From a plasmid, in sequence record AP025670.1: 64,000 bases of DNA, one strand, 5' to 3'. The stretch's first letter is position 1, and each line of letters begins with the position of its first letter. The notes beneath the pieces were generated by a model. That model was not told the DNA's origin. It was given only the letters and a program-made list of their open reading frames with translations, and did not search any database. The position numbers and the translations under genes are program-made. Shown piece by piece: positions 17,606 to 27,952 of this stretch.

Positions 17606-20116
17606 GTGGTGAGTATGAACTATTTAGGTGCAGTTTTTCCCGATATAACAATGCAAAACGGTTCTAATTATGAAATTGCAAATTTAAAAACAGGTAACAT
17701 TGTTGCATCAAATAATCTTAAAAATTTAGAGAAGCAGGTTCGCCGAATGTTTATAAACTGGTTAAAATCCATACTGAAATCAGGGAAAGATCCCTTCTCA
17801 GTAGATGTGTCAACATCGCCAGATATGCAGGAATCACAGCATTCCATACTTCAAAAAGGTGAGATTGAAATTCCGGATGATATTAAATCTCAAATAGAAA
17901 CATTCAAAATGCCGATTGGATATCCGCCAAAAATTGAAGGATATCCTGCAAGAATCAGCGGAAAACAATTGCTGATTAAAACCCAAGCGGAAATGATCAC
18001 AAAAATCAAAAGAGAAATGCAAATCGGTGAGCTATTTGATGAATTGGTCATGCCACTACTATGTAATACTGCTGATTTTATACACTTACTACCGGCTTCT
18101 GAAGCACATCACCACAGAGCTCAAGGAGGGCTTTTACGACACAGTTTAGAAGTCTGTTACATCGCAGTTAAGCACACAAAGACCACTGACTTTGATAGCA
18201 ATGAAACCCCTGAAGAACGGTCTGCTAACGCTTTGAAATGGCGTCTTGCAGTGGCTGTAACAGCATTACTGCACGACATTGGTAAACCAGTGTCTGACTA
18301 TGAAATTTGGGATCAGACTGGTGTATATCAGTGGAAACCGAGTGGAAAAAACCTGTTTCATTGGGCTGTTGAACACGATATAGAAAGATATTTTTTACAG
18401 TGGAACAAGAAAAGGCATAACAATCATAGAATTATAGCACCTTCGCTTATTGAAAAAATTGTTCCTGCGAAAGTGATAGAACTACTTCAGCAAAATAGTA
18501 AAAACCTATATTTCAAAGTTATAGAGGCAATTTCTAACAGCGATAACATGGAACTGGCGGATAAAAAAACAATCAATGGCAATCAGTTGTTTAATATTCT
18601 GTTACTCGCAGACCGAGCCTCTGTTGCAAATGACCTTAAATTGACATCAGGTGATGCGATACGCGCTGCCGGTTCTGGTGTATCAACTATTCAGCGTCTG
18701 GTTGATACTATGCGCCAATTTATATCATCAGGTCGTTGGACCCCAAACGTTCCTCCTAGTCCGATTTGGTCAACGCCAGATGGGGTCTACATTATTTGGG
18801 CTAGTGCCGCTGAAGAATTATGCAAAGAGATAAAAAACCTTGGAATTTTTATCCCACAATCAGCAGATAGTTTAGGTGAGATACTATTAGCTCATGATGT
18901 AATCATTGAAGCGCCAAGAGGTTCACTCTATTGGAAGATTGCACCAAAAAAGTTACTCAAATCAGCGTCGTTTATAAAAGATCCAGACACGTTCTTTTAC
19001 TGCGTGAAATTAGCTTCAGACGAATTACTATTTGGCGAAAATATAAAGCCAACACATGCATCTGTTTATGTCAAAAACGAAACGAGTTGGGTTAGTTTTG
19101 AACCAAAAACAGGAACTAATGTAGAAATCACAGGTGAAAAAACTGAACCAACTATCGTAAACAATGATTTTAAGCATCAACCGATTGATATTGTAGATAA
19201 AATAATAAATGATACACCTCCAGAATCTGATAATGTAACTAGCATAATGGAAACGCTTGAAGAACTAGCCATTATCGAGCCGGTATGTAATGAACAAGCC
19301 GTTGAAGTACCTGAAGTTCAAGTTATAGCAGCATGTGATCTCAAGATACAGGGTGGTGATACACTGCCAGTAGGCAATCCTGCTTCTGAGATAACCCATA
19401 AACACAGCCTAGGGTTAAAAGAACGGATTATTGCCATGAGTAAACCGTCAGTAGCACTACCAATGAAATCACTGACTGATATACCAGTAGCTACTCAATT
19501 ATCTGAGCAGAAATCATTGTTTGCAGACGTGAAACTTGATGACACCGACTCCGTAGAGATTACAACTCAAAAGGGTATGCATAGTGATATCTATATTACA
19601 GCTGATCTTCATATCAGAGAGGCTTTTGAAATATATCTATTAGGGCTTTCAAAAAAACAGTTAATTAGCAACATAAATCAAAATCACTTACTGGTTGATG
19701 ATAAACTCGAAATACCCTCGGCATGGAAAGCCAGAAGCCCTCAAGCATCGCGTTCTAAAGATGATGAAGCGCTGGTGCTTTTAAGATCAAATTTCTATCT
19801 TGTTTTGAAAAAAGAATTACTCATTGATGTATTTATCATCACTGGATTTTCTGAAATTGAACAAATGTTAAATCCAGTCATTCCTGACTTAGCAACTTCA
19901 TTAATTGAAGATGTCATATTTTCTATTCACAATGAAAACGACATTTCAGAAAACCAATTTAAAACGATTCAATATATAGAGTTGAGTCGGACAGAACTTA
20001 TTGAAATATCTGCTAAGTTGGGGGTGTCTCAAACGACATTCAAACAAATCATGGCTGTTAGGTTTGAAAGCTACAACAGCCATTTTGGACTTCAATTTAT
20101 GCGAGAAAAACAATGA
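17606..20116 (+). CDS. traI: MOBH-family conjugative relaxase (TraI-like; 3H motif plus HD domain)
   Basis: SEAHHHRAQGGLLRHSLEV is the alternative 3-His relaxase motif. LLHDIGKPVSDYEIWD is an HD hydrolase motif. Both are diagnostic for MOBH relaxases of the R27/SXT/PAPI type. Confidence 0.7.
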   Translation: MVSMNYLGAVFPDITMQNGSNYEIANLKTGNIVASNNLKNLEKQVRRMFINWLKSILKSGKDPFSVDVSTSPDMQESQHSILQKGEIEIPDDIKSQIETFKMPIGYPPKIEGYPARISGKQLLIKTQAEMITKIKREMQIGELFDELVMPLLCNTADFIHLLPASEAHHHRAQGGLLRHSLEVCYIAVKHTKTTDFDSNETPEERSANALKWRLAVAVTALLHDIGKPVSDYEIWDQTGVYQWKPSGKNLFHWAVEHDIERYFLQWNKKRHNNHRIIAPSLIEKIVPAKVIELLQQNSKNLYFKVIEAISNSDNMELADKKTINGNQLFNILLLADRASVANDLKLTSGDAIRAAGSGVSTIQRLVDTMRQFISSGRWTPNVPPSPIWSTPDGVYIIWASAAEELCKEIKNLGIFIPQSADSLGEILLAHDVIIEAPRGSLYWKIAPKKLLKSASFIKDPDTFFYCVKLASDELLFGENIKPTHASVYVKNETSWVSFEPKTGTNVEITGEKTEPTIVNNDFKHQPIDIVDKIINDTPPESDNVTSIMETLEELAIIEPVCNEQAVEVPEVQVIAACDLKIQGGDTLPVGNPASEITHKHSLGLKERIIAMSKPSVALPMKSLTDIPVATQLSEQKSLFADVKLDDTDSVEITTQKGMHSDIYITADLHIREAFEIYLLGLSKKQLISNINQNHLLVDDKLEIPSAWKARSPQASRSKDDEALVLLRSNFYLVLKKELLIDVFIITGFSEIEQMLNPVIPDLATSLIEDVIFSIHNENDISENQFKTIQYIELSRTELIEISAKLGVSQTTFKQIMAVRFESYNSHFGLQFMREKQ

Positions 20117-22026
20117 GTGATTGGAAACATTTAATGCCATTTCGTACTAACTACGAGATGTATGAAGTTTGTGGTTGGGGAACCGGTGTATTAGCTACGG
20201 TCGGTGTTGGTACATATCTATCAATGCCTCTAACTGCTACGCTATCTGCTGCTGCGATACAAAGCATTTTCGCTATGAAATCATTGCCAAATGCAATTAA
20301 AATTGCAGTCTTGCATAAAAACCTAAAAACCAGACCGGCTCCTACGTTTACTTCAGCCTATGATGTTGTCAAAGAAATGATGAACAATCGCGACACGACA
20401 TTGATAGGTAAAGGCTTTACATGGCGGCATGAGCATGGACAACGGGCATATGAAATTTTAAAAAGTGGTGTTGCTGACAGGTTTTTACCTAATGATCATG
20501 AAAGCATGGGGCACGGTTGGATTCATAAATTAGGGAATTCAAATGAGTGGATCAGCGTACCTGACGACTTAATGACGCTACATACGTCATTAACTGGTAC
20601 TACGGGTTCCGGTAAAACGACTCTTTACAAATTACTTATTCTGCAAGCTGCTTTAAAACGGCAACCTCTTATTCTAATTGACCCTAAAAATGATGAGGAA
20701 CTTGCTGATTATATGTACAAGTGCATGAAACTAATGGAACGAGAAGATGATTTTTATTATCTTTCCATTGCACACTTGGATAAATCCAACCGGATTTCAC
20801 CAATATCAAATTATTCCAACTCAACTGAAGTAGCCAGCCGTATTATTTCCGTTATCCAGAAGGCTGATAACACAACTGATCCATTTATTTCATTTGCGAC
20901 AATGACGTTGACAACTATTGTGCAGTTGATGAATTTCGCAAACGTAAAGCCTACTCTTGTAAATATAAAAGCACAGCTTGGTACTAATTTGGGTAATTTT
21001 GCTGAATTACTTGTTAAAGCAATCGACAAATTAGGATATGAGCTATTTCCTGATGTATACGACTCACTTCTTGATCGTAGACTAGAACATCAATCAATGA
21101 CTAGAACGACAGGAACTATCGAGAACCATGCCGGAATAAGAATCACTATCTATCTGAATGATATTGCAAAAATTAAGGAATATACATTCATTAAAAGTGG
21201 AATTGACCTATTTCAGCATAATCGTGAACATTTCCAAAAGATGATATTAACGGCACTACCTGTATTAAGCATGTTAACTAGTGATGGGTTAGATGAAGTA
21301 TTGTCACCGTCCAGTGAGAATATTGATGATGAAAGAGTCATTACTAATATGAAAGATATCATCAATACAAACGGGATGATGTATTTAGGGCTTAATTCTC
21401 TTGCTGATGGTGATAAAGGAAACGCTGTTGGCTCAATATTTCTAAGCGATATCACTGCTGTTGCGGCTGATATTTATAACTATGCAAAACCGCGCGGTGA
21501 AAAGAAACGCGATACAAATATTCTTATTGATGAAGCTGCTGAAGTTATCAACGATCAGGTTATTCGGCTTCAAAATAAAGGGAGAGGGGCAGGGTTTAAG
21601 TTATTCATTGCCTCACAGTCTACCACTGACTACGTTGCTACCCTTGGCTCTGAAGCGAAAAAAGAACAAGTTAGTATAAATGCGAACCATAACATTGCAT
21701 TACGGACTATCAATATTCAAGGTCAAAAAGATTTAATAGAAAGAATACCAACTACAAATTTCAAGTACATCCAAAGAGGGCATGGTACGAGTTCGGGGGA
21801 AGATCCAGAAAAAATCACCGGAAGTATTGGTGAGCGATTGATGGAGGTTGAGAGTGAGTTATTTCCTCCACAACTATTAGGAAACCTCCCAAATCTAGAG
21901 TTTTGCGCTATTTTAAAAGCGGGGAATATATGTAAAGGTCAAATTCCAATTGTACAATTACCAACCAGCGAAAAAGAAGTATTAAAGTTAAAGATGCTAA
22001 TCAAAGAATTTAATAAGGCACGTTAA
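20113..22026 (+). CDS. traD: type IV coupling protein (TraD/VirD4-like)
   Basis: N-terminal transmembrane helices, Walker A LTGTTGSGKTT, and a Walker B-like ILIDEAAE. The start overlaps the relaxase stop. Confidence 0.65.
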   Translation: MSDWKHLMPFRTNYEMYEVCGWGTGVLATVGVGTYLSMPLTATLSAAAIQSIFAMKSLPNAIKIAVLHKNLKTRPAPTFTSAYDVVKEMMNNRDTTLIGKGFTWRHEHGQRAYEILKSGVADRFLPNDHESMGHGWIHKLGNSNEWISVPDDLMTLHTSLTGTTGSGKTTLYKLLILQAALKRQPLILIDPKNDEELADYMYKCMKLMEREDDFYYLSIAHLDKSNRISPISNYSNSTEVASRIISVIQKADNTTDPFISFATMTLTTIVQLMNFANVKPTLVNIKAQLGTNLGNFAELLVKAIDKLGYELFPDVYDSLLDRRLEHQSMTRTTGTIENHAGIRITIYLNDIAKIKEYTFIKSGIDLFQHNREHFQKMILTALPVLSMLTSDGLDEVLSPSSENIDDERVITNMKDIINTNGMMYLGLNSLADGDKGNAVGSIFLSDITAVAADIYNYAKPRGEKKRDTNILIDEAAEVINDQVIRLQNKGRGAGFKLFIASQSTTDYVATLGSEAKKEQVSINANHNIALRTINIQGQKDLIERIPTTNFKYIQRGHGTSSGEDPEKITGSIGERLMEVESELFPPQLLGNLPNLEFCAILKAGNICKGQIPIVQLPTSEKEVLKLKMLIKEFNKAR

Positions 22027-22377
22027 ATGGATAATATTGTCCCAGAGTATGAGTTTAGATCCAATGCAAGCGACATATATTTTGCTCGTTTTCTTCTCCA
22101 GTGGAATATTTGTAGCCGTCAGATCATATTGATGCTTCTATCTATGAAGGACACTGAATTTGAAACCATTTTCTGTGACTACTTCAACGAACAAATTGAG
22201 AAATATTATCAAAGAAAAAAAACTGATTTGAAGATTTCAGATTGGGACAATCTAGCAATAGTCATTTCAAAATCCATAATTTTTCTTTCAAAGTTAAATA
22301 ACACTTCGCCTTTAGATGAATATCACAAGTATAAATTCCCTGAAAGGTTAGATAATAGCGTTATTTCCAGTTTCTAA
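22027..22377 (+). CDS. hypothetical protein
   Basis: 116-aa ORF directly after the coupling protein. Confidence 0.3.
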   Translation: MDNIVPEYEFRSNASDIYFARFLLQWNICSRQIILMLLSMKDTEFETIFCDYFNEQIEKYYQRKKTDLKISDWDNLAIVISKSIIFLSKLNNTSPLDEYHKYKFPERLDNSVISSF

Positions 22378-22388
22378 AGAGGTTATTA

Positions 22389-22586
22389 ATGTCAGCCGAT
22401 ACACAATCTAACGGTAGCTCAATTAAAAAACTGTTACTTACGGTAACAGTTTTACTCATTATCATGTCATTGTTTATCCCTGCTGAATGGTATAAATCAA
22501 ACATGGTTAGCGAGTTAAAAATGGGCGAATTGATTACTGGTTCAAGTTTGATTCCTTGGACTCTTCAGAATACAGACAGCAAATAA
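22389..22586 (+). CDS. small hypothetical membrane protein
   Basis: 65 aa with one transmembrane helix. Confidence 0.3.
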   Translation: MSADTQSNGSSIKKLLLTVTVLLIIMSLFIPAEWYKSNMVSELKMGELITGSSLIPWTLQNTDSK

Positions 22587-22655
22587 AGACCTTTCGTTTG
22601 AAGTATGTATTTCTTGCAGCAAAAATAATCAAAACCGCAAGATATGTAATCATGA

Positions 22656-22915
22656 AGTTGTCGGAAAACTATCCGTACAAGGGAGTGTATGAAAAATGTC
22701 TGGTATAATAAGAATATCATCAATAAAATTGAGTGTTGCTCTGTGGATAACTTGCAGAGTTTATTAAGTATCATTGCAGCAAAGATGAAATCAATGATTT
22801 ATCAAAAATGATTGAAAGGTGGTTGTAAATAATGTTACAATGTGTGAGAAGCAGTCTAAATTCTTCGTGAAATAGTGATTTTTGAAGCTAATAAAAAACA
22901 CACGTGGAATTTAGG
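22656..22915 (+). mobile_element. truncated ISEcp1 right end (3' tnpA fragment, promoter, 14-bp IRR)
   Basis: Matches the well-known ISEcp1 3' end. The tnpA C-terminal frame ends ...QSLLSIIAAKMKSMIYQK with its stop overlapping TTGAAA. The IRR ACGTGGAATTTAGG is at 22902-22915. The upstream frame is broken at 22653, and no full IS1380-type tnpA is present. The left boundary is approximate. Confidence 0.7.
22812..22841 (+). promoter_or_regulatory. ISEcp1 outward promoter (-35 TTGAAA, 18 bp, -10 TACAAT) driving blaCTX-M
   Basis: TTGAAA at 22812-22817 and TACAAT at 22836-22841. Established role in blaCTX-M expression. Confidence 0.7.
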
Positions 22916-22964
22916 TTCAATGAATACTTGAAGGCCAAGGGATAATACTAATAGAGGATTTTTA

Positions 22965-23840
22965 ATGATGACTCAGAGCATTCGCCGCTCAATGTTAACG
23001 GTGATGGCGACGCTACCCCTGCTATTTAGCAGCGCAACGCTGCATGCGCAGGCGAACAGCGTGCAACAGCAGCTGGAAGCCCTGGAGAAAAGTTCGGGAG
23101 GTCGGCTTGGCGTTGCGCTGATTAACACCGCCGATAATTCGCAGATTCTCTACCGTGCCGATGAACGTTTTGCGATGTGCAGTACCAGTAAGGTGATGGC
23201 GGTCGCGGCGGTGCTTAAACAGAGCGAGAGCGATAAGCACCTGCTAAATCAGCGCGTTGAAATCAAGAAGAGCGACCTGGTTAACTACAATCCCATTGCG
23301 GAGAAACACGTTAACGGCACGATGACGCTGGCTGAGCTTGGCGCAGCGGCGCTGCAGTATAGCGACAATACTGCCATGAATAAGCTGATTGCCCATCTGG
23401 GTGGTCCCGATAAAGTGACGGCGTTTGCTCGCTCGTTGGGTGATGAGACCTTCCGTCTGGACAGAACCGAGCCCACGCTCAATACCGCCATTCCAGGCGA
23501 CCCGCGTGATACCACCACGCCGCTCGCGATGGCGCAGACCCTGAAAAATCTGACGCTGGGTAAAGCGCTGGCGGAAACTCAGCGGGCACAGTTGGTGACG
23601 TGGCTTAAGGGCAATACTACCGGTAGCGCGAGCATTCGGGCGGGTCTGCCGAAATCATGGGTAGTGGGCGATAAAACCGGCAGCGGAGATTATGGCACCA
23701 CCAACGATATCGCGGTTATCTGGCCGGAAAACCACGCACCGCTGGTTCTGGTGACCTACTTTACCCAACCGGAGCAGAAGGCGGAAAGCCGTCGGGATAT
23801 TCTGGCTGCGGCGGCGAAAATCGTAACCCACGGTTTCTGA
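22965..23840 (+). CDS. blaCTX-M: class A extended-spectrum beta-lactamase, CTX-M-2 group
   Basis: 291 aa. N-terminus [43 protein letters not shown]-terminus AAKIVTHGF. Motifs STSK, SDN and KTG match my recollection of CTX-M-2/KLUA. The exact allele cannot be assigned without alignment. Confidence 0.85.
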   Translation: MMTQSIRRSMLTVMATLPLLFSSATLHAQANSVQQQLEALEKSSGGRLGVALINTADNSQILYRADERFAMCSTSKVMAVAAVLKQSESDKHLLNQRVEIKKSDLVNYNPIAEKHVNGTMTLAELGAAALQYSDNTAMNKLIAHLGGPDKVTAFARSLGDETFRLDRTEPTLNTAIPGDPRDTTTPLAMAQTLKNLTLGKALAETQRAQLVTWLKGNTTGSASIRAGLPKSWVVGDKTGSGDYGTTNDIAVIWPENHAPLVLVTYFTQPEQKAESRRDILAAAAKIVTHGF

Positions 23841-23847
23841 TGCAATA

Positions 23848-23873
23848 AATGGAGCGAGGTATCGCTCCATTTA
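23848..23873 (+). terminator. hairpin terminator after blaCTX-M
   Basis: aaatggagcgaggtatcgctccattt (perfect 9-bp stem) followed by a T-containing tail. Confidence 0.5.
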
Positions 23874-24075
23874 CGTTAAAAATGTGCTCCTGAACTTCAG
23901 TCTTGTCTTGCAACGAACCCTCATCTCTTTCTATCATTCCGCTCTTTTTTCTGGACCAAATATCTTAGCTTCAGGAAGGTAATAGATAACAATTTCTTAT
24001 GTAAACTATTTTATTTTAAATAATGTTTAAGGCATTTAATTATTAGGTTGTTTGTTTTTATTGTAATTATCTGAT

Positions 24076-24726
24076 TTACACTTGCAGTATTCCTATAGTA
24101 AACAACGACCACGGAGATTTATCAGGACTATACAGCCAACTTGCAGATTTTAAACGGGCGCTTGCAATATCACGTCTGGTTATGAAGTAAATCAAGTGAG
24201 TATCGTCATGCAGAAGGTAGTCAACATACACCCCCCTGAAATTACCTCTTTCACCGATTGAGCCTTTGTCGAATTGGTCTATAAGAATATTTCCAACATC
24301 AGCAAAAGGGTCATAGTGATGTGTTGGTGGTGTCCGTCTGCCATTGAACTCAAATTTATCTTTTTCAAAAACTAAATCTATAATTAAGTTTTTGCACATT
24401 TGAGCTTCAATAGCCATTTTAATTAAACCCAAATACGAGACATCAAGAATAACACGCTCATCTCTGGGTACTAAGTATGCTAATTTTTGAGCAGGGTCTA
24501 ACGTTAGTGACGTTGTTGCAAGCTGTAAAAAAGCAGTTTTAAAACTAGCGGGATTATTAATAGCAATCGCCATTAGTTTTTTGTTGTTATCAATCTGATT
24601 CTTAGCAAAAATTGCTTCATTAAAATACGATGTTTCACTAAGAGAGTTCTCAGTAAATTTCGGTTTTAAACTTGCGATTATGTTAGAAACAGCTTTGCTA
24701 CCTTGAACTATATTCGATGATGACAT
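24076..24726 (-). CDS. possible RecT-family single-strand annealing protein
   Basis: 216 aa. The motif AYLVPRDERVILDVSYLGLIKMAIEA resembles the RecT core (Y.VP....V.FQ.GY.GLI.LA). Weak. Confidence 0.35.
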   Translation of the reverse strand: MSSSNIVQGSKAVSNIIASLKPKFTENSLSETSYFNEAIFAKNQIDNNKKLMAIAINNPASFKTAFLQLATTSLTLDPAQKLAYLVPRDERVILDVSYLGLIKMAIEAQMCKNLIIDLVFEKDKFEFNGRRTPPTHHYDPFADVGNILIDQFDKGSIGERGNFRGVYVDYLLHDDTHLIYFITRRDIASARLKSASWLYSPDKSPWSLFTIGILQV

Positions 24727-24803
24727 ATATAAGATACCTATTTAAGAAACAAAAAAACCGCATATAGCGGCTATTGTTTGAATTGGAATTGATGAATATT
24801 AGT

Positions 24804-25301
24804 TCAAATAGATTTTTTACTATTTAATGAACTTAATAATTGGCTTTTTAACAAAAGCTGATTATTATCATATTTATTTTCTTCCAATTTTTTATTTGAT
24901 TCATCAAGCGAATTTCTGGATTTATTAAAGTTTAATATATCCGTTAACTCTCTGATGCGTTCTAAACTTCTAACGCGCTGTTGTCTTGCTTCCTCATCTA
25001 TTTCAATCTCTGATTTTGTTTGGTAAGTATTAACGCCATTGATTGATAATATAAATGGAAGAATATAGAATCTTTCTTTAACAATATTGTTAATTACAGA
25101 TTCTTTTAATTTAACTTCACCCTTTGCAAATATCGTATCATTGCTTTTAGCATTTGATAATATCTCTGCAAGTTTGGTGTCCTTACAAACTATATGAAAG
25201 TAAGCACTTTGATCTTCAAGCATAACATCATAGACTATTTTGTCTTTTACTTGAGTCGAGCGAATAATATTTATTTTACCTGAGAATGATAATTCACACA
25301 T
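24804..25301 (-). CDS. hypothetical protein
   Basis: 165-aa ORF downstream of the RecT-like gene. No motif recognised. Confidence 0.3.
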   Translation of the reverse strand: MCELSFSGKINIIRSTQVKDKIVYDVMLEDQSAYFHIVCKDTKLAEILSNAKSNDTIFAKGEVKLKESVINNIVKERFYILPFILSINGVNTYQTKSEIEIDEEARQQRVRSLERIRELTDILNFNKSRNSLDESNKKLEENKYDNNQLLLKSQLLSSLNSKKSI

Positions 25302-25431
25302 ATTTTCACCTATTTATTAAATAAGAGACACATAATTAAAACTATGAGCTCAGAGTTTTTGAATAAAGTATATTCAATGATTGAATATATTTTATTAGGG
25401 CGTAGAAAAGCCTTGACTGTTAAGCGTGATG

Positions 25432-26160
25432 CTAAACAGTTGTGATTAACCAGAAAGATCTCCGTTTGGGAGATGCCAGTTTCTCACTACCGAGTCGGTT
25501 TCCTGACTCATCAATTATACGGGCATATTCAACAACTTCTTCACGCTCTTTTTTGAGTGTGATGAAATCACCTTTCTGCACCGTTGAGTTAGCAATTGCA
25601 TCTGCCAGACCTAAACCCCAAATGATATCTTCATCAATACGAACGTAATAGGACCGTCTGTTTTGAGGTTTGAACTGGTAGTGCGCTACTCCGAAATCAC
25701 GTAAAATACCGTGGTATTCTTTGTGAGAGCCCTTTCGACAGTCGTTAGAAGATGAAAGCTGTGCTTCATTTCTATCCAATCTATCGCTATTTAAGGCGCA
25801 AATTTCCGGATAATTATTGCTTGAGTCGTCTTTTTGCTCACAATCGTGTGCAATCATTAACTCGTGTGAAGTTGGAACTTCAGCGTTTGGATATAGGTTC
25901 ACATCATCGGCATTGCGAAAATGTGCCTTTCGTCTATTAAGCTGATCTCTATTGCGTTTATTCAGATACAAAATCATGAAGATAGTTGTACTGATAGCAA
26001 TCGAAACCAGATTTTTAGTGCTAAAACTTTCTACGTTTGGTAGTGATCCATCCCACAAAAACACAAGCGCAAACATTATTGAAGCGTATGCAACCGTGAA
26101 TTTATAGTTCAGGCAGGCGTGAACAAGCACACCAATCACTAGTATTGATATGATTAACAT
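25432..26160 (-). CDS. hypothetical membrane-anchored protein
   Basis: 242 aa with two N-terminal transmembrane helices and a soluble C-terminal domain of unknown function. Confidence 0.3.
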   Translation of the reverse strand: MLIISILVIGVLVHACLNYKFTVAYASIMFALVFLWDGSLPNVESFSTKNLVSIAISTTIFMILYLNKRNRDQLNRRKAHFRNADDVNLYPNAEVPTSHELMIAHDCEQKDDSSNNYPEICALNSDRLDRNEAQLSSSNDCRKGSHKEYHGILRDFGVAHYQFKPQNRRSYYVRIDEDIIWGLGLADAIANSTVQKGDFITLKKEREEVVEYARIIDESGNRLGSEKLASPKRRSFWLITTV

Positions 26161-26341
26161 ATAATTTACCTTCGTAAACTTGGGTATTATTGGAGAGTTT
26201 AAAGCCGTTAGTAGTAAAAACTACTTCGGGGGAGAGAGGGATTATTGAGATCTCTCTGAATTGAACTATGAGTTAACATAGCTAGATGTAGTGTCAATCA
26301 GACACTTGTAACAGAACCATTTTGTTTCAAAAATAATAAGA

Positions 26342-27106
26342 ATGCAAGTCCCTTTTTTGATTACAACTTTTATTGCTATCATGAAAAGTTCTTTTTTATT
26401 GGTACGTATAATGAAGGTCTTTGAAACCGGTTTTGGAGAAAACATGAGTCAGGATAAAGAAGTTGTCGATTCAGTAACTACACGAAAAACAAGACGGAAA
26501 AAAGTAACTTCTGTACCGTCGTCTGAATACCAAATGCATTTAGATACCACTATTGCGATTGATGCCTATCATCAACGGTTCTTTGTAGCAAGCCAAGCCG
26601 CCTATTTGTTGGAACAGCGCCTTGAACGCTGTCTTATGCATCGAGACAAAATTATGCGTGATCGAGCTGCTGCTATCATGAAGTCACTCAATCAGGCAGT
26701 TGATAGTAATTTTTCTGATATAGAAAACTATAAGCAGACATTGGCACAGGTCATAGCTGAAGTAGAGGCTGAACGGGGTACTAAATATGAGTTATTGAGT
26801 TACTCTACTCCCCGCGATATGACGATTGAAAACCGTACCTATCTGGCTACACGAATGTGCAGTGGTTTAGAAACACTGGATCTCATAATCAAGTACCTTG
26901 ATGTTTGCCGACATTACTCGTTAGTACCATTGGCTGAAATACTGGAAACTCAAATCACTGCCGATAAGCGTATTCGCGGTATATTTAGTACGATTATTCG
27001 TCATGGCGAAACAATGAAGCGTTTAGAAATCGATCATTCGATAAATGCAAAAAATGCTAAAAATGAATTAAATAATAATGACAGCACTGGTGCTGAAGAT
27101 AAATAA
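26342..27106 (+). CDS. hypothetical protein
   Basis: 254-aa ORF. The true start is probably an internal Met (MKVF or MSQDK). The N-terminal region is basic. Confidence 0.35.
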   Translation: MQVPFLITTFIAIMKSSFLLVRIMKVFETGFGENMSQDKEVVDSVTTRKTRRKKVTSVPSSEYQMHLDTTIAIDAYHQRFFVASQAAYLLEQRLERCLMHRDKIMRDRAAAIMKSLNQAVDSNFSDIENYKQTLAQVIAEVEAERGTKYELLSYSTPRDMTIENRTYLATRMCSGLETLDLIIKYLDVCRHYSLVPLAEILETQITADKRIRGIFSTIIRHGETMKRLEIDHSINAKNAKNELNNNDSTGAEDK

Positions 27107-27170
27107 TTTTTCTGTAAACTAAATGTATAAAGGTGGTCAGCTACGTGACCACCTAGTTAATATTTTAAAT

Positions 27171-27806
27171 TTATAATTCATTACTATTTGGTGGAATAAC
27201 TGTAAATTCTTTATCTTTTGCATTCGATTCTAGCAACATTATCTTTTCTCTCAACCTATAAATTTCAATATCTATTTTATATTGTTTATGTGCCTTTCTG
27301 TTAAGAATTGAGGGTTTTTTAGGCTCGGTATCTAAATTATAAATTGGATGTAGATACCAGTCTTTATTTCTAACCACAGTAGGGGATGGATTCCAGTCTA
27401 CACCTTGAAAAATAAGCCCGCGAGTATTCGGATATACGACTGATTGCCAATGATTTAGTGTGCTAAATGTTGATATGTTATTTGGGTCATATTTTACTTC
27501 ATCTGAAGTTATCAAGTGAAAAATACTATTTTCAAATTCTGGCGGGGGGAGGGGCTGATCAAATGTGTTACCAAATGCTAATTTATGAATCCCTTTAAAC
27601 TTGAATATAAGTCGTATTTGCGCGTTTGTTTCGTAATCTTCTATTTTATCCTTTATGTGAAAATTAGCATGTCTGCCTACATCTTTATTACTATAAATAT
27701 TTTCACTTTCTAAAATTGATATGGCTGATTTAATAGATGTCCAATGATATAACTTTTCAAATAAGTTTATTTTAATTTCAGGAACAGCATAAATTTTAGT
27801 TATCAT
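27171..27806 (-). CDS. hypothetical protein
   Basis: 211-aa AT-rich ORF with no recognised motif. Confidence 0.35.
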   Translation of the reverse strand: MITKIYAVPEIKINLFEKLYHWTSIKSAISILESENIYSNKDVGRHANFHIKDKIEDYETNAQIRLIFKFKGIHKLAFGNTFDQPLPPPEFENSIFHLITSDEVKYDPNNISTFSTLNHWQSVVYPNTRGLIFQGVDWNPSPTVVRNKDWYLHPIYNLDTEPKKPSILNRKAHKQYKIDIEIYRLREKIMLLESNAKDKEFTVIPPNSNEL

Positions 27807-27952
27807 ATTACCCTTATTTTACGTAATGTACTCTCTGTTAAAGAGTACATTACATGCTTTTAAAGTATGATTCTACAACAATCCATCCACTGAAAGATCA
27901 TATACGTACTTTCTTGTCCTGATCCCGTAGGGTATCTGAATGAGCCCCCCTG

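Noticed and set aside
22565-22774. 69-aa minus-strand ORF
   Set aside because: It lies inside the ISEcp1 3' remnant, antisense to the tnpA C-terminal frame and promoter.
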